This document shows positions 54,610 to 64,000 of a DNA stretch of 64,000 nucleotides, piece after piece. The stretch lies in NCBI GenBank assembly GCA_012295275.1, contig CM022673.1, positions 4,526,001 through 4,590,000 of the forward strand, read 5' to 3'. Each line of letters opens with the position of its first letter. Within the stretch, counting starts at the first letter, position 1. The position numbers and the translations under genes are program-made. The notes beneath the pieces were generated by a model. It was not told the origin of the DNA. It did not search any database and saw nothing but the letters and a program-made list of their open reading frames with translations. Source of the DNA: Chrysomallon squamiferum (Eukaryota; Animalia; Mollusca).

Positions 54610-54900
54610 AAATTTCAGACATTTGTAATTAGAATATTAGAAATATTTACAATGTTTAAATTAACAACAAAGAAAGAAGAAAAAAAGAAAATTCTAGTTG
54701 ATGAAATCAAATACTTTGAACTATTTGTGGTTTCTGTCAGCCATTTGTAATTAAAATATTAAAATGTTTACAAAAGAAAATTCTAGTTGAGGAAATATAT
54801 TTTGAAAAACAACACTTTTGACTATTTACTGTTTTTGAAGTTACGATGATGTCAGCCATTTGTAATTAAAATTAGAGAAATTTACAGTTTTCAAATTAAC
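54610..54900. repeat. Degenerate tandem triplication, period about 120 bp
   Basis: tcag(a/c)catttgtaatta(g/a)aat… recurs at about 54615, 54737 and 54852. Confidence 0.75.
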
Positions 54901-56943
54901 AAAAAAAAAAAAAAAAAAATTGTATTAAAAAAAAAAAAAAAAAAAACTTCTTTGAGCAGTTTATTGTTTTTTAACTACTGGTAATTAGAGCTATGTTTCT
55001 GTTAACAAAATATAAAGACATGTAATTGACCAAGCCATAGCAGTGTGTTTTCACTTAATTGTTTGTGAGTGAGACTCTTAACAGCCACCATGGCAACAAA
55101 TGCAACCCATGCATGTCTGAATCTGATTTTCTTTCAGAAAAACATTACAGAGATAACGTTTTAATATTACCTTCTTTTTTTTTTGCTTTTTTTTTTTATC
55201 TGATTTTTACCTGACAGGTGAGATGTTATTAAGTATAATGTTCATCTAATGGGTTTCAATCAGATGACAGTTGATGTAAAGTTTCCTCATTTTAATCTTT
55301 TTTTTTTCTTTTTTTTTAATAATTAATTTGAGATTTGCTACTTGTGGTGTGGTTGCTGATTTTTTAATGCGATTTTCTAGCAGTTCAGTAATAACAGAAT
55401 AAATATTTGACAAAGAGAGCTTCCCTGCAGAACCATACATTCTTATGTCATTCACAAATTTTAAATGGAGAAGGAAAATGAATGTGTGAAGGTATGTACA
55501 CTTTCCTTATGTTCATCTTTGTGTGTGTATTTAAATGTTTATTTATCAGATCAATTATGTGTATATGTGCTGACACAAACATACATGCACATGCACACAC
55601 AGAGACATATACATACACATATACTTAGTAACATGCATTCGTACATGCGTGAATTTTGTACTTGTGTGGTTTGTACATTACAATTCATCTATTTAAGGAT
55701 ATATATATATATATATATGGTAAGTAGGAAGGCAGATACAAGCAGATACAGGTCTGTGTCTGTCTGTGTGTCTGATGAGAGTGTGTAGGTGTAGACCAAA
55801 CACAGAAATTCAACTTCACTCTGTCTGACCTGTGGCTGAGTGCACTACACTGAAATCTGTTCAGTGCAGGGTTTCGTTACACATTCACAGATCAACAGCC
55901 CTCCACGAGTGATGTTAGCTGACATCTTTTTAACATTTATTACCATCATCAGCCAACATTTATGTCCAATTACCGCCTCATTCTTACAGCAAAGACAAGT
56001 ATCTATATGATCATAATTTGTAGATTGCATTCATCCATTATCTGCCACCATCCTTGCACCTCCAATCAAAATCCATTAACAGTCTTGTCATTTGCAATGC
56101 CAACTTCGTAATTGTGCCCAGTGCCCATTGCCCTGTTGCAAAATGTCCATTTGCGGACTGGACAATCATGGCCGACCACAATTATCGTTTCCCTCACTAT
56201 TTGTTTGACATAAGCGTCTACAATTTTCTCTTCATTTCGCAGAGCTGCGGAGAGCGGAGGTATGAATGTGATTTCATGAAGCTCACTTCCTGTCATGGCC
56301 ACCTGCTATTTTGAATTACTATGCTCAGGGCTAAATTAAATGGCATCTATTGATTGGCTGAGTTGCCGAGATGCGAGAGGGAAAGAGAGAGAGAGAGAGA
56401 AAAAGAGAGATGAAGTGTTTTTAGCATTTCTCTGCATGGTTAATTTGTTGAAATGTTAAGTTATGTAATTTTAATACAAATGAAATTTACAGCATTTGCT
56501 TTCATGGAGTCTCTTATTTCCTGCATCTTGATTCTCTTTTTAATTTTTTTAATATTTAATTTTTTTTAATATTTTAATTATTTTTGTATTTAATTTTTTT
56601 TTGTATTTAATTTTTTTGTATTTTTATTAATTCTTTTTTTCTTAAATTTCCTTATTGATTGTTTTAATGAACAAATGATTGTAGTATAGTTAATATTACA
56701 GTATCTACGGTATCAGTAATAATGATAATAATAACAAAGCTAATATTAATGGTTTCACCAACAGTTAATGAAAGTAGTAATATTTATAACAACACATAAT
56801 TACAAAATTAATAGTAACAGTAATAAACACATTAATAATAACAGTAGCATTAAAATTAATAATGATGATAATAACAACATTAACATGCACTGTTTAAATA
56901 CTTGTATTTATTTTTTTTAAATCTAATTTTTTTTTTTAATCTA

Positions 56944-56982
<39 letters not shown>

Positions 56983-57984
56983 ACACTTTTTTTTTCACAT
57001 AAATTGTCAGAGTTCATGTTCAACATCTTTTTTATTTTTTATTTTTTCCCATCTTAACTATAGTTAAACAGTTTGTAAGCAAAGGCTGCAGGAAAAACAA
57101 AATCATTAAAACAAAATGTCTCTCATTCAGTTGATTATTGTTTTCCATTCTGCATTCCCAATCAATATCATCAAGTTATTATCCCCATTAAAATAAAACA
57201 AATTGTTGAACATCAGGCCAGTAGCAAATTAATCTGATATGCATAACATTTTTTTTAAAAATACAATAAAAAAACAATACCAGAAATATCAATATCATAT
57301 TTTTTAACAGTCGACATTGTTTGTTGTTTGTTGTTATTATTATTATCTTATTCGTTTACTACTACTACTAATAATAATAATAATTATAGAGATTTTAAAT
57401 AAAGCAAAACAATTAAAAAATGGAAATATATATTGTTTTTTATCTTTAATCTGGAATGTTTTTCAATGTCAGCTAACATATATTTTTTTATTATTATTTT
57501 ATTATTTTTTTTAAGAGACCCCCCCCCTTCCAGTTACTTTAAAAAACAAAACAAAACAAAAAAACACCCATTATTTAAAAACAAGCTAATCTAATTTTCT
57601 TTCTTTCAATTCAAAAACATACATTTTCTTTTTGTTTGGTTCGGGGTTTTTTTTTTCCTTTTCTTTTCTTTTCTTGGATGAAATCTAGGTACATTTGCAC
57701 TTGTGAATTCTTAAACATCTTTTACTCATTATTTCTGATTCTTGCGAACATTTTCAAGAATTAATCACACTGCAGTCAGCGACAACTTTCCCATCTGGTG
57801 GGAACAATGGACATGTCGGACAAGACTAAACTATAGTAGTTAAGACATTTCGCTGAAGAACACACCTGAGTATTTCTCAACAATGAATCTCATCTTGCGA
57901 CATCCATTGTTGACAAGCAGTGGCAGGAAATGAATGCACGTGCTCAGAATGGCCGTGTTCGTTTAGTAGCTGGCATAATGACTT

Positions 57985-57998
57985 GTTACCGTGGCAAC
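57985..57998. promoter_or_regulatory. RFX X-box motif GTTACCGTGGCAAC
   Basis: Consensus match inside a GC-richer complex-sequence island (about 57740-58090). Confidence 0.5.
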
Positions 57999-58501
57999 TT
58001 GTTTACCTAATGTACAATGTGTATGCGTGCGTTGATCAGATGCCGTAGTTTAGTCAAAGAGTTTCTCTCTTATCGATCGATTTTTACGCTGGTTATTGGT
58101 TTTGAATTTGTTTTTATTTATTTAAAAAAAAATGTTGGAAGTCCTGTTGATGGTTAAAATTGATGTGTTAAATTTTTATTTATTTATGTAAATTCCTGTT
58201 CATTTATGTTTTAATTTTTAATTTTTTTTTCTGTTTATTATTGTTTATTATTAATTATTATTATTATGATTATTATTATTATTATTATTATTATTTTATT
58301 TATTTTATGTTTGTTTGTTTGCTTGTTTGCTTGCTTGCTGTTGGTGCAGTTTACATCAATTTTGGTTAATTCTGTTGTCAGAAAGTAAATATAATACAAT
58401 TTTATTCATTAGAGTACATTCTTCAAAGCTAATTGCAATATAATATTTATTAACATTATCATGACTCACTTTTACTGTCATGGCTGGTATTGTAATAATA
58501 A

Positions 58502-58850
58502 ATTTCATTTTGTCTGTCTCTTTCTTTTCTTCTTTTCTATATTACATTGCTTATTCCAGATTTCATTTTGTCTGTCTCTTTCTTTTCTTCTTTTCTATAT
58601 TACATTGCTTATTCCAGATTTCATTTTGTCTGTCTCTTTCTTTTCTTCTTTTCTATATTACATTGCTTATTCCAGATTTCATTTTGTCTGTCTCTTTCTT
58701 TTCTTCTTTTCTATATTACATTGCTTATTCCAGATTTCATTTTGTCTGTCTCTTTTTTTTCTTCTTTTCTATATTACATTGCTTATTCCAGATTTCTTAG
58801 TCTGTCTCTCTCTCTTTTCTTCTGTTCTACCTTGCATTGCTTATTTATGA
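58502..58850. repeat. Minisatellite, 58-bp unit, 5 near-identical copies plus a degenerate sixth
   Basis: Unit atttcattttgtctgtctctttcttttcttcttttctatattacattgcttattccag starts at 58502, 58560, 58618, 58676, 58734 and 58792. Confidence 0.96.
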
Positions 58851-58904
58851 TTTCATTTCTTCTTTTATATCTCTTCATTTTTGTCTGACTTGTTACCTCT
58901 GTTC

Positions 58905-59118
58905 ATCTAGATCTTCATCTATATATATTGTTTTTGTTTTGTAATGGTATAATAGTACTCTGTGTTGATCATTATCTAGATCTTCATCTATATATATTGT
59001 TTTTGTTTTGTAATAGGTATAATAGTACTCTGTGGTAGATCATTATCTAGATCTTCATCTATATATATTGTTTTTGTTTTGTAATAGGTATAACAGTACT
59101 CTGTGGTAGATCATTATC
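58905..59118. repeat. Tandem repeat, 69-71-bp unit, 3 copies
   Basis: atctagatcttcatctatatatattgtttttgttttgtaat(a)ggtataatagtactctgtg…gatcatt starts at 58905, 58974 and 59045. Confidence 0.95.
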
Positions 59119-59119
59119 C

Positions 59120-59325
59120 CAATAGGTCACTGTTCCCATTATACTATTTACTATTCCTTCAAGTTCCCCATAACTAGTTTATCAAAGACTGTGGAATTTG
59201 TTTTCATGTCCATCAGTAGGTTCATTTAAAATATCTCTTGCTCTTTATTTCTGTTTTCCTTAACATTTATGTATAATATATAATCTTAAAGAAGTGTTAT
59301 TAAATAAAATGTATACCTACATTTC
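59120..59325 (+). mobile_element. Decayed SINE-like copy
   Basis: ataactagtttatcaaagactgtggaatttg…aggttcatttaaaatatctcttgct…gtgttattaaataaaat follows the motif order of the family at 8345 and 40300. Confidence 0.45.
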
Positions 59326-59859
59326 TAAGCTAAAGTTTTCAGACCTCATGAATTTTATTTATGATTTCTTAATACAACTGTTTATACATCAGTAATCACA
59401 CATATACATCCAGCTGCTGTCCTCTGCAAATTAAAACTGGACATAATTAAAAACAAAAACTGCAGGTCATCATTACAAAGGTATTGTAAATACGACCTCT
59501 CACACAAAGCACACTGTGATGATTTGTTACACTAATTTCACACATTGTCATAGAACCAGATGAGAAAGTAATAACACTGTTCTTATTTCATACAAACATG
59601 TATTCTTCATGCGTATATAAGACATGTAATTTATGAGATTTAACACTGCCAGATGAATACAAGATTGTATTTCACACCTAGTAATTTGTATTTACTGTAT
59701 TTGGTGTCAGGATTGCAAAATCTGGTGAACTCTGATATTCTGTTAATTTTCGTAAACTTTGCAGCACAGCAGAAAAGGAAATGATGTAGCAGCAAATATT
59801 TGTCTCAATTAGTAACCAATGTTATTCATTTTGTTCTTTCTGTACTCGTTTTTGTTTTT

Positions 59860-59905
<46 letters not shown>

Positions 59906-60061
59906 TGATGTAAAGAAAATTGTCCTGAATGTTTGTTTTGGGAATATTTTAATATTGTTCATTTTCTGTTTTATTTATTCTTTCTTTCTTTTTTTTTTTT
60001 AATTTTTGTTCCTTCTCTGCCTTTTTCTACTTTTGTGAAAATATTTTTTTTTTTTTTTTTT

Positions 60062-60093
<32 letters not shown>

Positions 60094-61652
60094 TTTTTTT
60101 TTTTAATTTTTTTTTCTTTGAGGTAAAATATTTTTCATGTAGTTTAATTTTCTTGTTATTATCAAATCACACTGAAAATGATTAAGAGCATGATTAATTG
60201 GTAAACATGTCTAAATGTGAACATGACAAGATGTCAGTTTTGAAGAAAGGAATAGAAATATTTTAAAAACAAATCTTCACAAACTGTCATAGCCATGATT
60301 AAACGATAAAAGATGAAAAAAAGAAATTTGAAAAAAGAAAAAATAATAAATACATTTTTTTTAAATGAATAGAGCATTATAGATATTCTGTCTTGAAGCA
60401 AAGAATTATTAAAATGTAATCATAATAAATTTTTTTTTTTAAAATACCGATTTCCTAACATCAAATGATGATGATGAAATATAATAATATATTAAAAATA
60501 AATATTAGGATTTTAAAAATCAAGCATCGTATATTTTCTCACTTTGATAGAAACAAATTGCAATTCAAAATACTAAATAATTTCTTTTTAAATCTTATTT
60601 TAAAATGATGGAAACACTAACATTATGTTGGCTTTCACCAAAAAAAAAAAAAAATCTGAAGATTTGTATCCCCATCAAGCCATAATCTTTATGCTAACAA
60701 TGGCATTTGTAAAGGGACTTAATTGCACTAAAGATGTCACGGAGTTAATACCCAAGTGATAATTGGGTTTGTCATAATTATTTACACAAAAATTGATGAA
60801 AGCGTGCAGCTCTAATTAGGGACCTACCTGCAGCCAGCCGTTCATCCCCAGATAATTACAAAATCCATGTTAGATAATTCATCAGGTGTCATTGTTTGTA
60901 ACTATGGTAATACACATGATGTGGTGTGTGTGTGTGTTTGTTTCTTTATGTGTTTTATGTGTATGCATGCATATATTTATGGTGTGCAGACAGTTGGTGT
61001 GTATGTGTGAGTGTCTGTATGTGTGTGTTAGTGTTTCTTTTTGAATTTGAAGAAAACATTTTATTTTACATACAGTGTCTAAAGATATGATAATGCAAAA
61101 ACTCACCATTTTCATTTAAAAGTGAACGTCCTTTTTTGTTTGTTTTCTTTTTGCTACTTTTTATTAAGCAGAATTGGTTTTAATAATGAACAAGAGGTTT
61201 TAACGGTCATTGAGTAACAATTATTATTTTATTCATTCAAATCTATCGTGTTATTTGCATGATGGAAATGTAATACAGCATACAGAATGCATCCTCACAA
61301 ACTCGTTAATTTCTGAACAAGCATGATGGTTAGCAAAGGTCAATTTCTAAAACCAAATGAAACATTCACAAAGATTAATGTGCAGTTTTTTTGGCTGATT
61401 ATTTGAACAGCAAGTTTCTTTTTTCTTTTTCTTTTTCAAATGTCATGTTGAAGAAGAATCTCAGGCTTGTTACTTATTGCCATACTTTATTGTTAGCAAA
61501 CGCTGATACCCAAGAAAATACAGTCAGTATATTAGATGTAATAAATTCATTATATTTTAAAAAAATATGTTAAATAATAAGATTTAAACTGGTTCCAGCT
61601 TTTTTTTAAATTTTAAGATTTTACAATTTGTATTTTTCAGTTCTTATTTTGC

Positions 61653-61740
61653 AACTTTTAAATTTATATATAACAAAAACGATTTTATATATATATATAT
61701 ATATATAAAATTGTTTTTGTTATATATAAATTTTAAAGTT
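61653..61740. repeat. 88-bp near-perfect palindrome centred on (TA)n
   Basis: Arms aacttttaaatttatatataacaaaaacgatttta and taaaattgtttttgttatatataaattttaaagtt are reverse complements with 2 mismatches. Confidence 0.93.
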
Positions 61741-63089
61741 ATCATCAGACTTTTAAAGAAATGAACACTTGATATATATATATATATTTGCCTTCTAACA
61801 GAAAATCATTTGAGCAAGATGAAAAAACAAAAACAATAAAAAAAAAAATCATCTTTGAGATCCAGTGTACTGGACTCCAGCAACACGAAAAAGGATTGTT
61901 CTCTTGACACAATCCTTCACTCCCCCCCCCTTTGGTATAGCCCAAGATAATGGATACCCTCATCATTAAAGATTATTAATGTTTTGGTAGAAATTGATTT
62001 TTCTTTTAATTGTGGGCACCATGATGGCTGTCATGAAGGAAAGATTTCTAAGTGGCAAGTGCCGTACTTGTGAGTGAGTTTGCTAGAGGTAGTGGTAGCC
62101 AAGTGGATAATACACTAGGGCTTCTTTTTCCGGTGGTCATTAGCGAACGCTGGAACTTAGATGGGCATCTTATGTGCTCTGGGCAGTTATGTTTTGGTTT
62201 TTGTAGTTTTTGAACAAGACAGCGAAATTAGAATAGTTACATATCCAGACAAATTATAGATCTGTCGGTTTGTTTTACCTACCTATCTACATATCTACCT
62301 ATCTACCTACCTACCTATCTACCTATCTACCTACCTACCTATCTACATATCTATCAATGCATCTTTATAGTTATATATATATAGAGAGAGAGAGACACAC
62401 ACACAAACATGCATATGTGTCAGAATGTGTGTGTGTGTGTGTGTGTGTGTTATTGTCAGTAAAAAATGGATATCTCTACATGCTTTAAAACTACAACCAA
62501 AATTTTCTTCTGTGAAAAAAAGCAAATTTTTTTTTTTTTTTGCAACTGTTAGAGTTGTTTTTGTTTTAAATTAATGATAATGGATTTATAATCTAATAAA
62601 ACTCTCTTTGGTTTCACACCTCTATATTCCATCAAATAATTTATGTTTGTGTTCATTAACTATACTGTCAAATAATTTTCAAACACAACCTTTTTTTTTT
62701 TTTTTACTAATATATTAAAAATTTCTTTATTCATCATGCGTCTGTTTATTCATTTAAAGGGAGTAGGTTAACAAAATCAGTATAAAATACCTTAATAATA
62801 ACAGTTTTTTAACCTTTCCTAGGAACATCCTGCTACTATAGTCTTTAAAAACTAACAAAAAAAATAAAATATATTCATTACTCTTAACCTCCAAATATTC
62901 ATGCACTGCATTTTTTGTTTATTATTATTATTATTAACCTTTGCCACAAAATATTGATACTAAATAACAATTCTTAAAAAACAAAATATAAACTATTTTC
63001 AGAAAATGCTTATATTTTTTACTATTTACTATAAAATATTGCTACATTTTATTTTTTGCAATTCTTTTTTTTTTCTAGATTTGATTTAA

Positions 63090-63560
63090 AATATTCTAGA
63101 TAATAATCATTAACTTTAAAAAAAAAAAATCAGAATTAAGCTACCTTTAAATAGTATTCATTAATTTGTTTCAACAAAATATTGTTTATATATATACACA
63201 GTGATTTTTGTTTCAAAAATACTGTTTAAAATACTTCCAGATAATAATCATTAATCTATACTACAACATTTTAATACAACAACATTTCTTCTTTGGAATA
63301 CAAATTTCAATTTTCAAAAATTCTTCCAGATAATAACCATTAACCTACATCACAAAAATTTTAATATCAACAACCATTTCTTCTTTGAAAATAAAAATCT
63401 CAATTCAAAAAAAAAAAATTATTCATGATTATAATCGTTAACCTACAACTACAAAATATTTATACCAACAACTAATTTCTTCTTAATAATAAAATAAAAT
63501 TTAAAAAAATAAAAAAAAAATCCATTTTTGAAATACCTTGAGATAAAACTCATTACCACC
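63090..63560. repeat. Degenerate tandem array, period about 90-130 bp
   Basis: ttccagataataatcattaacctac…caacaacatttcttctt recurs about 5 times. Confidence 0.7.
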
Positions 63561-64000
63561 TGTCTCCCCCCACACACAAGAGACATTGGTATAATCTACA
63601 TTCTAAGGAATGACAGAGATATAAGGATGTGGCATTTTCTTCTACCGACATTTGTGGTTGGTGCTGTCGCAGGTTTTGCAACCCAGTGATTGAGAAGCGC
63701 AGAGCCTCGCAGATTTGTACACTTTCATTCGTTCCAACGCGCTGGCAGCTGGGGTTAAGGCCTGATGAGGTTTTGTGATGAATTACAAGTGGATTTGAAT
63801 CAGCACCAGGCTACAGCTGGCTAACTTAATTGTCTTAGCAAGATTTTTGGAGAAAAACGACAAAGGAGAAGGAAAGAGAAACAACAACCAAAAAAAAAAA
63901 AATAATAATAATAATAATAGTTATCAGTTCGGGTTTTTTTTTTTTTGGAAATCTCGGATGGTTGTGAAAAATGCTTGTTGTTTTAAGGTGAGATTGATTA

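Noticed and set aside
58461-58888. Three overlapping hydrophobic ORFs
   Set aside because: They are products of the 58-bp tandem repeat read in rotating frames.
62085-62165. tRNA gene suggested by ggtagtggtagccaagtggataa (A-box-like)
   Set aside because: There is no T-arm/B-box or cloverleaf downstream. At most it is a SINE head remnant.

Overview
This is very AT-rich, microsatellite-dense animal genomic DNA. The repeat content looks molluscan to me, but that is an inference. The whole window appears to lie inside one large + strand gene, an IA-2/phogrin (PTPRN/PTPRN2-type) dense-core-vesicle receptor tyrosine phosphatase-like gene. Eight coding exons join in frame with GT-AG boundaries: 6809-7792, 11824-11907, 12508-12585, 16683-16802, 17441-17614, 22491-22566, 35338-35418 and 49518-49594 (1674 nt, about 558 codons). 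They encode the second half of the RESP18-homology domain, a long acidic pro-region with KR/KK convertase-type sites and an unusual (NVADYN)n repeat, and most of the SEA-like IA-2 ectodomain. I did not find the signal-peptide/GCLF exon or the transmembrane and PTP exons, so they presumably lie outside the window. The introns hold a decayed mariner fragment, decayed tRNA-SINE-like copies, minisatellites, many microsatellites, several RFX X-box motifs, candidate recursive splice sites and an 88-bp AT palindrome. Almost all other ORFs in the supplied track are low-complexity artefacts.
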